64,000 nucleotides of DNA from Candidatus Thorarchaeota archaeon. GTDB taxonomy: Archaea; Asgardarchaeota; Thorarchaeia; Thorarchaeales; Thorarchaeaceae. The first letter of the stretch is position 1. Each line of letters begins with the position of its first letter. Of the stretch, positions 48,971 through 57,895 are shown one piece after another. The notes under the pieces were generated by a model that had not been told where the DNA came from, did no database searches, and saw nothing but the letters and a program-made list of their open reading frames with translations. A program made the position numbers and the translations under genes. The DNA lies in contig RDOC01000001.1 in assembly GCA_011364985.1 (NCBI GenBank), positions 358,532 to 422,531 of the forward strand, given 5' to 3'.

Positions 48971-50173
48971 ATGTACGACCTCATTGTGGTGGGTTCTGGC
49001 CCCGCAGGATCAACGTGTGCCAGAAAAGCGGCACTACAGGGTGTTAAGGTACTCCTGATAGAGAAAGAGAGTCATCCACGCACAAAACCTTGCGGAGGCG
49101 CTCTAAGCCCGAGAGCCCATAGCATTCTGGATTTCGATATCGATGATGTAATTGAAACGAGGATACATGGAGCTTTCTTCTACTCGCCAAGTGGGAAGAG
49201 GCTGGAGTTCTATAGAAGCGACATCACCGGCAGCCTTGTTGACCGTGCCAGATTCGACGCTCTACTTGTGGACAAGGCAAGAGAAGCGGGTGTCGAGACA
49301 ATAGGAAATTCCAGAGTGGTTGCGGTTGAACAGACGAGAAAAGGAGTCAGGGTTCTCACTCGAGGGGACTCTCATCGCTGTAATCTTCTGGTTGGCGCTG
49401 ACGGTGTTAATAGCACAGTAGCCAAAGCCACAGGCATCCGACAGACTTGGCCAGCAGAAAGGGTAGCGCTTTGCATAAGTACAGAGGCTTTGGTAGACTC
49501 GAAGGCGATAGCAAGAACTATGTCAATTGCCTCTTCACGCAATGGCCTTGGTATTGAGTTGTTCTTCGGTAGAGTCGGGTGTGGATATGCTTGGTGCTTC
49601 CCTAAGAAACGGTCCTTAAACATTGGAATAGGAACCCCACTTGACCAAGCAGGAAGACTAAAAGAGGCTTGGAAGGCTTTTGTGATGTTTCTTGAAGCTA
49701 AGAAAGAACTTGAGCTTGATGTTTCATCGGCACAAGCATTCAAGGTCCCGATTGGAGGGATAAAGGAGCGACTTACTAGCAGGCGGACGATGTTGGTGGG
49801 AGATGCAGCGGGACTGGCTTCGCCCATAACAGGGGAAGGGATATACTATGCCTTAGAATCAGGAAGATTGGCGGCTAGCCTTGCCACAAAGGCTGTGAGG
49901 CAGAAGAATCCTCTTCTCGTCAGAATGTACGATCAGCATATCCAGAAACTAGTTGTTAACGAACTTAGAGCAGCAAGACTTCTTGCAGGGGTGTTCTACC
50001 GGTCTCCGAGGAATATTGAATTGATATGGGAAACATGCAATAAAGACTCACAGATGAAGGATTACATACTCGATTTGATCATAGGTATCAAGTCCCCAGT
50101 AGAACTGGGCAAATCAATGGCAAAAAGGCTCGTTGTAAAACACCCAACTAAAGCAATAAGGTTGGGACTCTAG
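48971..50173 (+). CDS. Geranylgeranyl reductase family FAD oxidoreductase
   Basis: VGSGPAG, KPCGG, GADG, YAWCFP, GDAAG-x-x-x-P-x-TGEGI. Confidence 0.9.
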   Translation: MYDLIVVGSGPAGSTCARKAALQGVKVLLIEKESHPRTKPCGGALSPRAHSILDFDIDDVIETRIHGAFFYSPSGKRLEFYRSDITGSLVDRARFDALLVDKAREAGVETIGNSRVVAVEQTRKGVRVLTRGDSHRCNLLVGADGVNSTVAKATGIRQTWPAERVALCISTEALVDSKAIARTMSIASSRNGLGIELFFGRVGCGYAWCFPKKRSLNIGIGTPLDQAGRLKEAWKAFVMFLEAKKELELDVSSAQAFKVPIGGIKERLTSRRTMLVGDAAGLASPITGEGIYYALESGRLAASLATKAVRQKNPLLVRMYDQHIQKLVVNELRAARLLAGVFYRSPRNIELIWETCNKDSQMKDYILDLIIGIKSPVELGKSMAKRLVVKHPTKAIRLGL

Positions 50174-50184
50174 ATCTTGAATTT

Positions 50185-51132
50185 CTAATGCTTGGTGTGT
50201 TGCAATACTTCGCTTGAACCATCAAGAGCGAGGCGAATTCGCATTAGGTCTTGGCCTAAGATGCAGTTTGAAAACACCTCTTTAGCCTCCATAAAGATTG
50301 GCTGGCCATTTCCGTAACGTGGACTGTAGTGGGTCAACACGAGAAGGCCTGCTTGACTCTCCTTGGCAAGCAATGCTGCATCGGCTGCTGTCATATGTCC
50401 TCGTTCGTGCGCAAGGTCTGAATGCTCTCGCGTATACATAGCTTCGCTGATGAGGACATTGGCATTCTTGGCTGCATCACGAAGCGACTGACACGGACGA
50501 GTGTCGCCAGAGTACACAATACGGAGAGGGCTTGGTTTTGGGCCGGTAACATCTTCCGGATTTATTAGTGTTCCATCGGGTAGCCTCACGCTTTCGCCCG
50601 AAGAGAGTTTGCCCCAGAGAGGACCTTTTGGAATACCCTTTTGCTGTGCCTTGTCTGGTAAGAATTCACCTGTTGGTCTCTCGTATGTGACTTCATACCC
50701 AAGCGCAAAACCGCGATGGTCCACTTCAAAAGCCCTTACGAAAAGGCCGTCTGCATTGAATACAGACTGTCCCTTCTTAATGCCATACACTGTTGTCTTA
50801 AAGATCGTCCCAAGATTGATCGTTTCTTGATTGACCTTTACATAGTCGATTAACTCCACTGGACCAAAGATGTCGAGTGGTTTCATCCTTCCAAGAAGAG
50901 AAAACCGTAAGAGGAGACCACCAAGTCCAAGCAAATGGTCTGCATGATTGTGACTGATGAAAATAGCCATCTTCCTATTGAGGCCAAGATTAGCTCTTTC
51001 ATATTGCCTTTGGCAGTCTTCTCCGCAATCGAAGAGAAGATTCCAGCCCTCAAAGCAAACTGCAATAGCAGGATGATTCCTGCCATCAGTGGGAATGCTT
51101 CCTCCTGTTCCTAGAAGAATTATATCAATCAC
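50185..51132 (-). CDS. rnz: Ribonuclease Z
   Basis: LGTGG, FDCGE, SHNHADH, exosite PKGPLW, YSGDT, THYSPRY. Confidence 0.94.
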   Translation of the reverse strand: MIDIILLGTGGSIPTDGRNHPAIAVCFEGWNLLFDCGEDCQRQYERANLGLNRKMAIFISHNHADHLLGLGGLLLRFSLLGRMKPLDIFGPVELIDYVKVNQETINLGTIFKTTVYGIKKGQSVFNADGLFVRAFEVDHRGFALGYEVTYERPTGEFLPDKAQQKGIPKGPLWGKLSSGESVRLPDGTLINPEDVTGPKPSPLRIVYSGDTRPCQSLRDAAKNANVLISEAMYTREHSDLAHERGHMTAADAALLAKESQAGLLVLTHYSPRYGNGQPIFMEAKEVFSNCILGQDLMRIRLALDGSSEVLQHTKH

Positions 51133-51197
51133 AGAATTATGCCACCAGTGCGTATTACCTGAGTCAAAAATGAAGATATGAGTTATGCCCTTAAACA

Positions 51198-52559
51198 TCA
51201 AACTAGATCTACCGGAATGGAACGCCCTTCACACTCACGTCGCACAATCTCATACGTCCGAGCATCGAGAAGATCCCCCTTATTCCATTTCCATTGCATC
51301 TCCTTTCTATTGAACATGAAGGATGTCGCAAGCTGAACTTCGGATCCTGCCGATATGCTGTAAGCGGCATAATCATCGACTCGGGACATGGAGGAGTTTA
51401 GTGCTTTTAACAGACTGTCTGTGGTCCCGAGAGGAATAGCAGCAAAAAGAAGCACCTTCCTTTCATGAGTCTCTATGTTTTCGAGTCTTGTTGTATACGT
51501 CACTGGAAGCTGAGACCAAGCCCTGAGAATGCTTCCCGCACAATTTGGACTTGTTATGACAAGTACGCGATCCTTAAGTTGAGGAATTCTGATACGACAG
51601 CGAGGCATAATCACATTTTTTTCTAGGATTTGGCTTCGCCGTCTGAAAGCTGTGCTTTCTGAAATGCCTGTTGCTTCCACAATCTCGCTTGCTGTCGCAT
51701 CGTAGTTCTCAATCAATGTATCCAGAATACGGAGGTCGACAGGAGTGAGGTGCATGACTTCCTCTTTTCCGCGGAGCTGTTCGCCTATAACCAGATCCTC
51801 ATCCTCCCTTCTGAGCTGCATCTTCCAGTGAAAGAGGTCCAGATTCCATTCACCTCTTCTATCGCAGTACTTGCCGTTGAACATCAGTTGCCCCCGATAA
51901 ATATACCAACATGAGGCCCTGAAAGAAGTTCCACGTAATGAGCGGATGATATTTTGAATGTCATCAATGTATCTTATTGGCATTGAAGCAACCTGAAACA
52001 CCATCGGGTTTGGGCCATCTACGAAAAGCGTTTTTGTGATATACGGGCTAGATACAACCAGCTTTGGTGCTTCTAGGATTATCAAAATCTGCTGAAGTCC
52101 CATCTTCTCAAAGTTGAGAAGTCCCTCTTTTGCCAGAACACCAGCAAGACGCAATCTTTGAATTGCACGGCGCGTCTGAGAATAGGTCAGACTCATGCTC
52201 CTAGCAAGGTTTCTCAGGTCCTCTCTGGGATGTTCTACACTCCCCTTCAGCACCGTCAATTCTGTGGGACTGAACTTGGAAACATTCGCGCACCACAAGT
52301 CTTCAATCAGGGTCCACAAGTCCCTCTGAGTAATGACATCAATGCCGCCTAAAGCGAGAACTTCTACAATCCTAGTCTTCAGAGATGCATGAAGACTACC
52401 CTTATGGCTTGCGACTATCTGCCCCAATCGTTCAATTTCAGGTCCGGGCTGGAAGAGATCTATTTCTACATCATCTTCAAGATTTCTGATTGTTTTCATG
52501 AGAGCCCTAGCGCTGGGAGACAAGACTGACCCCCAATTCGGCTCATGATTGCCTGACAT
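51198..52559 (-). CDS. Large transcriptional regulator with two Lrp/AsnC-like HTH modules
   Basis: LRNLARSMSLTYSQTRRAIQRL and DLRIL...ASEIVEATGISESTAFRRR. Confidence 0.7.
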   Translation of the reverse strand: MSGNHEPNWGSVLSPSARALMKTIRNLEDDVEIDLFQPGPEIERLGQIVASHKGSLHASLKTRIVEVLALGGIDVITQRDLWTLIEDLWCANVSKFSPTELTVLKGSVEHPREDLRNLARSMSLTYSQTRRAIQRLRLAGVLAKEGLLNFEKMGLQQILIILEAPKLVVSSPYITKTLFVDGPNPMVFQVASMPIRYIDDIQNIIRSLRGTSFRASCWYIYRGQLMFNGKYCDRRGEWNLDLFHWKMQLRREDEDLVIGEQLRGKEEVMHLTPVDLRILDTLIENYDATASEIVEATGISESTAFRRRSQILEKNVIMPRCRIRIPQLKDRVLVITSPNCAGSILRAWSQLPVTYTTRLENIETHERKVLLFAAIPLGTTDSLLKALNSSMSRVDDYAAYSISAGSEVQLATSFMFNRKEMQWKWNKGDLLDARTYEIVRRECEGRSIPVDLV

Positions 52560-52650
52560 ATCCTCGCCATCCTGTTGCAAAAACAATAGCTTCACTTCCA
52601 AGTAGCTTCGTAATACCAAGGACTAAGTCCTATGTCTTGGATAAAAGCTC

Positions 52651-53406
52651 CTAGAGTGGGGAAGACTCATTCCACATCGATGAGAAGTAGGCTTGTGCCA
52701 TGGCAGCAAAGACGGCATGAGATGAGAACACACCAATGTATTCCTCTTCACTTTCTCCTGCGGCGAGCATAATCAATGTCTGTCTACCATCAACAACAAT
52801 ACCAACGCCAAATACACGTTCTCGGGTGCGAATCTCAAAAATTTTAGGAATTACTTCAAGCAAATCAGGGTCTACGCTCGAGGTCAGTATCTTGACCTTT
52901 GAAGCCTTTACGTCGAGGAATCTATCAATTATGGGGAGAAAGTCAGAAGTTTTTGTTGATAGACCCGGCAGCGTCACAATGATTTCTTCTCTTGCAGCAT
53001 CCAGCATTTCCAGAGCTTTTGCTAGAATTGCAGCACGTCCATGGAGAAGCCATACATCACGGGTCGTTGCGCCAGTTTCCTTTTCGAAAAGCGGCTGTAA
53101 TTCATCTGTGACAACTTTGCTTGCAGTATCTATCTTCTCTTCCCAGCTCAGACGGACAAGACGAACAACCTCACCGGGAGCCTTTGCTCTGTAAATTGTT
53201 GGTCGCCCCTTTTGAATCTGAATGAATCCTTTCTCTTCTAGTCTTCCAAGGACATCATATATACGCGAATATGGAACACTTGATTTTGCACTAATCTCTG
53301 AAGCAGGAAGAGGGCCGTATTCAACGACAGCCAGGTAGGCAGAGGTCTCGTATTCAGTTAAGCCCAGCTCCTTTAGTGCTTTCAGGGCTCTATCACTTAT
53401 AGTCAT
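52651..53406 (-). CDS. TrmB family transcriptional regulator
   Basis: LGLTEYE, SVPYSRIYDVL-x-x-LEEKG, IVVDG. Confidence 0.92.
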   Translation of the reverse strand: MTISDRALKALKELGLTEYETSAYLAVVEYGPLPASEISAKSSVPYSRIYDVLGRLEEKGFIQIQKGRPTIYRAKAPGEVVRLVRLSWEEKIDTASKVVTDELQPLFEKETGATTRDVWLLHGRAAILAKALEMLDAAREEIIVTLPGLSTKTSDFLPIIDRFLDVKASKVKILTSSVDPDLLEVIPKIFEIRTRERVFGVGIVVDGRQTLIMLAAGESEEEYIGVFSSHAVFAAMAQAYFSSMWNESSPL

Positions 53407-53461
53407 TTTAACCACTATCAGTGGTAAATGCAAATTGGTTTTAAAAGTGATGTTCAGCTTA

Positions 53462-54019
53462 TTATTCTACGTACCAGTCAAGGAACTTTCGGAATGCTTG
53501 GCTCCTATGAGAGATAGCGATTTTCTCATCAAGGGATAGCTCTGCGTAAGTTCGGGTTTCATTCTCAGGAATGAAGATTGGGTCGTAGCCGAACCCGCCC
53601 TTACCGGTGGCGGATGCTGCAATGTCCCCGTACATTGTGCCAATGAAATAGCGTGAAATGCGTCCATTGCAGTAGCCCACGCTGGTATCAAACCGTGCGT
53701 CACGGTCAGTCGCGTCTTCCATTAATCGCAAAATTCCCTCAACTCCTATTGTTTCAAGAACATAAGCAGCATAAGCACCAGGAAACTCATTGAGATGCTC
53801 GATGTATAGACCTGTGTCATCAACTACGACTGGACGTTTCAATGTATCAAATGCTCTAATGGCTGCTTCTAAGGCTACGTATCCTACGCTTTGTGAACGA
53901 ATCTCATGCTTCTGTAGATTGGTAGTTTCGAATGGTACGTCATATTCTTCGAAAATTGGTGCTAATTCCGCAATCTTATTCTCGTTTTGTGTTACCAGCG
54001 TCACTTTGTCCTTTGACAT
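53462..54019 (-). CDS. rdgB: Non-canonical purine NTP pyrophosphatase (HAM1/RdgB/ITPase)
   Basis: T-x-N-x-x-K, DDTGL, FPG, GFGYDPIF, SHR. Confidence 0.94.
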   Translation of the reverse strand: MSKDKVTLVTQNENKIAELAPIFEEYDVPFETTNLQKHEIRSQSVGYVALEAAIRAFDTLKRPVVVDDTGLYIEHLNEFPGAYAAYVLETIGVEGILRLMEDATDRDARFDTSVGYCNGRISRYFIGTMYGDIAASATGKGGFGYDPIFIPENETRTYAELSLDEKIAISHRSQAFRKFLDWYVE

Positions 54020-55130
54020 AACTCAATACCTCCTTCAGAACCTTGTAAGAACTTCTTGTCTTCTCCAGGTCAAACATACCTGTTGAGTTCCATAGAATAA
54101 TGTGATCTAATCCTTCATGTACGTATTTCTCAAGAAGAGAGATTATATCTTCTGTTCCACCAGACATATAGAACTCATTTAGGACTTCGGGTGGAACAGA
54201 CTCTATTGCGTTCAAGATCTCTTCTCGTTTATGGCGCATTGGAATATAGTCACGCAGCGAATAGAAATCGTCGCCAAAAGGATGCTCATATCCTAGTCTC
54301 TTCCATTCACTTGATGGGTAGAGCAAAGCAAGAGCCTTGGCAAGAGGCGTCTGCTTCATCTTGTCGCACGCGTCAATGTCTTCATCCAAGATGCACCAAT
54401 TCCATAACGCTGCAGTAAAAGAGACATTGCGGTCTATCCTCCTTTTGTGCGCAAGTATAGCCTTCAGCTTTTCGCCATAATCAAGCGGTCTGAGTAGAGT
54501 TGGAAGCCAGCCATCTCCAAACTCTGCAGCGATTTCAAGCATTTTGGGACCATGAGCTGCTATCCAGACTGGAGGAGGATGGCCCGGACGAACAGGACGT
54601 AATGACATAACCGCATCCTTCAGCTTCCAGTACCGTCCCTCGAAACTGAATGGCTCGTGCGAGTTCCATACTCTTCTGATTATTTGAAGTGCTTCTTTTA
54701 GCTTTCCAACCTGGCCGTGATAACTCAAGCCGTAAGGCTCAATGTTTTCAATTTCTCCTGCGCCTATGCCAAGAATTGCACGACCGTTACTGATGTGGTC
54801 CAGTGTAAGAAAGGCCTGCGCCAATAGGATAGGATGACGCCGTATTGGCTCGGTCACGCTAGATAACAGCTTTACTCTCTCGGTCACTGAGGCACAGGCT
54901 GCCATGATTGTCGTCAGCTCATAGTACGTATGAGGTGACTGTTGAAGAAGAGCGAGAGGTGTAATGTCTGTGGTCCATATGCTTTCAGGAACAAACCCTG
55001 CAAAATGGTCAGGAAAAGCCATGCTGTCATAGCCCAGGAAATCGATTAGTTGAGCATTCTTGAGGACTCTTTCATATGGAGGAAGGAACGGTCCGGGAGC
55101 CCCAATCTCTAACTCGGCCAATTTGCTCAT
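53976..55130 (-). CDS. LLM-class (probably F420-dependent) oxidoreductase
   Basis: PDHF, TLDHISNGRAILGIGAGE, AAHGPKML, GDGWLP. Confidence 0.9.
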   Translation of the reverse strand: MSKLAELEIGAPGPFLPPYERVLKNAQLIDFLGYDSMAFPDHFAGFVPESIWTTDITPLALLQQSPHTYYELTTIMAACASVTERVKLLSSVTEPIRRHPILLAQAFLTLDHISNGRAILGIGAGEIENIEPYGLSYHGQVGKLKEALQIIRRVWNSHEPFSFEGRYWKLKDAVMSLRPVRPGHPPPVWIAAHGPKMLEIAAEFGDGWLPTLLRPLDYGEKLKAILAHKRRIDRNVSFTAALWNWCILDEDIDACDKMKQTPLAKALALLYPSSEWKRLGYEHPFGDDFYSLRDYIPMRHKREEILNAIESVPPEVLNEFYMSGGTEDIISLLEKYVHEGLDHIILWNSTGMFDLEKTRSSYKVLKEVLSYVKGQSDAGNTKRE

Positions 55131-56311
55131 TACTCGCACTTCTCAGACAAAGTGATAAGAGCCTGTTTGACCTTTTCGAAGTCCTCCAGACGCATGAACT
55201 CATCAAGTCCATGATAGTTGTTGTCATCAGCCAAGGTTCCGTAACAGGCAGTGGGTATTCCTACCTCGGTGAAAAAGTGCCCATCATTTCCACCAAGGTC
55301 TGCGGCAATGGGTATGTCAGGCCCGGCAGCTTTTTTCACTGCTTCGTGAAATTCCTGGATGAATTTGTTCTTGGGATCTGATCCCCATCCATGAACATTC
55401 ATCTTGAACGTGACTTCTGCATCCACACCGGTTTCCTGCTTGGCGCGTTCGAGGAACTCCTCAATCTCCTTCATTACATCTTTCGGATCTTCTTCCGGTA
55501 TTAAGCGGCAATCGAAAGTGATCTCCGCTTTGCCGGGAATGATATTGCTCTTGCTACCAGATTGATACATCGTCATTGAGAATCTACCCCAAAGGTTCTG
55601 GTGAGGAGATCCAGGAGGCGCCGGATAATTGGATGTCACTTTTCTGCGCAGATCAACATAGTCCAACATGGCTGAAAGGAGTGGAAGCGAAAGGTGAATT
55701 GCATTTGTAAAGGCAAAGGGATATCCGGCATGGCCCTGCTTTCCATACACTATTATTGTTCCAGATACAACTCCGCTGGCACCTATGCTAACATAATCGG
55801 GCGATGAATCAATGACTAATCCGACATCGCCCCGAATTCTAGGCGGCCCATTTATTAGATAGTCTATGCCCCATCCTCCTCCAATCTCCTCATTAGGCGA
55901 AATGAGAAGCTTCCAATTGATGTTGGAGGAATTGCGTTTCAGTAATTCCTTGGCCGCGCTGACACATGCCACAATATTGCCTTTATTGTCAGACGCGCCA
56001 CGCCCGTAGGCCTTTCCTTCTTCTATTGTAAGTTTGAAAGGCGGCTTCTTCCATGCATCAGTATCACCAGCTGGTACAACATCATAATGAGTACAGAGAA
56101 GCGCCGTGGTCTTTGCACCTGCATCAAGTGTGGCAACAATGTTTGGTTGGGGTTTTCCATCATGTCTTGAATCGAATACCTCAACCTTGAGTCCGGCTTC
56201 TTCACAATACTCCCTGATAATCTCTGCACATTCTTCGTAGTTCTTCTTCTCATCACTGTTGGTGTCAAGTTCAACTATTTTCCTTAAGAAGGATTCCTCC
56301 CATGCATCCAT
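55130..56311 (-). CDS. M20 family metallohydrolase (DapE/ArgE-like)
   Basis: HYDVVP, YGRGASDNKG, NEEIGG and GKQGHA motifs. Confidence 0.92.
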   Translation of the reverse strand: MDAWEESFLRKIVELDTNSDEKKNYEECAEIIREYCEEAGLKVEVFDSRHDGKPQPNIVATLDAGAKTTALLCTHYDVVPAGDTDAWKKPPFKLTIEEGKAYGRGASDNKGNIVACVSAAKELLKRNSSNINWKLLISPNEEIGGGWGIDYLINGPPRIRGDVGLVIDSSPDYVSIGASGVVSGTIIVYGKQGHAGYPFAFTNAIHLSLPLLSAMLDYVDLRRKVTSNYPAPPGSPHQNLWGRFSMTMYQSGSKSNIIPGKAEITFDCRLIPEEDPKDVMKEIEEFLERAKQETGVDAEVTFKMNVHGWGSDPKNKFIQEFHEAVKKAAGPDIPIAADLGGNDGHFFTEVGIPTACYGTLADDNNYHGLDEFMRLEDFEKVKQALITLSEKCE

Positions 56312-56380
56312 AGAAATTCAATTCTCCAGATTTGGCGCTGAAATAAAGGGGTCTCTGGTAGATTAGTATTCCGGCGGACT

Positions 56381-57187
56381 CTATTTTTGGCAGGCTTGAC
56401 AGTAGTTCGTTTTGAATCGATTGGCCGTGATTTCGGAAATACGCCCTCCGCATAATGGACACATCTTCCCACCTCGACCGTGAACCATCAAGAAGTCGCG
56501 CGTTTCCTTGGCAATTTCATTTATTCCTCGCCGAGAGAGAAGCTCTAGGATTCGTCGAAGCACTTTCTGCATTGCATGAAAAAGGCGCTCGATTTCCTCA
56601 TCAGAGAGAGAAGAGCGTTTTCGAAAAGGGAGGATTCCTGCATAGAGAAGTATCTCATCGGCATACGCATTACCAATTCCTTTGACGAAATTCTGATTCT
56701 GTAACACATTCTTAATCTGCCCATTGTGCCGCCTGATTCTCGCTTTGAACTCGTCTAATGTGATTACTGGATCAAGCGCAGATGGACCGCGATTCAAGAA
56801 TCCAGCAACAGATTGATACTCGCCATTTGGAATCCGATATACCCTACTCATCCTTTTTCGATCGCTGTACCAGAGAGTATAATCCTTTGTTTTGATGAAT
56901 AGAATGTCTGATTTCGATGAGCGCTTTTCCCGTTTGGCTACAAGATGAAATCGGCCTGTTAGCATTGGGTTGATTACAATAGTGGACTCTTTCATCTCAC
57001 CTATCAGAAACTTCCCATCTGCTCTGAATTCTTGAAACACCTCGCCATCAAAACCTGATAGAAACTTCTCCACAGGCAATCCATGAATAACAAGATGGTC
57101 AAGGACTCTTACTTCGAGAATACTCTCTCCTTGAAGTCTTTCAGTGAGCTTCGACGCAATGTTCTCTAGTTCGGGTAATTCTGGCAT
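56381..57187 (-). CDS. mutM: Fpg/Nei family DNA glycosylase
   Basis: MPELPE N-terminus, H2TH GIGNAYADE, C-terminal CPLC...CQACQ zinc finger. Confidence 0.9.
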   Translation of the reverse strand: MPELPELENIASKLTERLQGESILEVRVLDHLVIHGLPVEKFLSGFDGEVFQEFRADGKFLIGEMKESTIVINPMLTGRFHLVAKREKRSSKSDILFIKTKDYTLWYSDRKRMSRVYRIPNGEYQSVAGFLNRGPSALDPVITLDEFKARIRRHNGQIKNVLQNQNFVKGIGNAYADEILLYAGILPFRKRSSLSDEEIERLFHAMQKVLRRILELLSRRGINEIAKETRDFLMVHGRGGKMCPLCGGRISEITANRFKTNYCQACQK

Positions 57188-57288
57188 AGTGTTCAACCCA
57201 TGGAAATGACTCGATCTGCAAAAGGATATAGACGCAAGCAGAATTTAAGGCTCATTGCGTTACAGAAACGACCAAGGAGAATACCATC

Positions 57289-57888
57289 ATGACAAGGGAT
57301 GTCGTCGTGTATCATGTTCAAAAGGGGAAGCTTGTACGAACCCCAAATCGAGGGACCTTTGGAAGAGGCGATTGCTATCTCGTAGATGCGGGCTTGAATC
57401 TGTATATCTGGATAGGACCTAAGTCAAGCGTGGATGAGAAATTCCTGACGGCTGCTGAGGCGGTCTTCAAGGACACTGCACGCAAGGGGAACGCTAGAAT
57501 ATCCCACATCGATGGCGGACAGGAACCTGATGATTTCAAGAATCTCTTTGAGGACTTCCAACTGACTGATGAAGACACTGAAGGAATTCTGAAGAGAGTA
57601 CATCTTGAAAAACACGAATACAAGTTGTGGCGTGTGCACAGAGAAGGTGACGAAACCTTCTTCCAAGAAGTGCCTCTCGACAGAGATTATCTGAGCAGTG
57701 ATGACGTATATGTTCTTGACACATGGGAAGACATCTATGTATGGCGCGGAAGTGCAGCCAGTGCACGAGAGAAGTTCGATGCGACAATTCTCGCACGACG
57801 ATATGACGCTGAACGGGTGGGGACCCAAGACATTGAACTAATCGAGCAAGGATTTGAACCTGAAGAATTCTGGAACTTCTTCGAATAA
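57289..57888 (+). CDS. Two-domain gelsolin-like actin regulator (Asgard 2DGel type)
   Basis: Two gelsolin repeats: GDCYLVD..YIWIG..S..E and SDDVYVLD..YVWRG..S..E, each ending in EP..F..F. Confidence 0.9.
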   Translation: MTRDVVVYHVQKGKLVRTPNRGTFGRGDCYLVDAGLNLYIWIGPKSSVDEKFLTAAEAVFKDTARKGNARISHIDGGQEPDDFKNLFEDFQLTDEDTEGILKRVHLEKHEYKLWRVHREGDETFFQEVPLDRDYLSSDDVYVLDTWEDIYVWRGSAASAREKFDATILARRYDAERVGTQDIELIEQGFEPEEFWNFFE

Positions 57889-57895
57889 GATTAGT

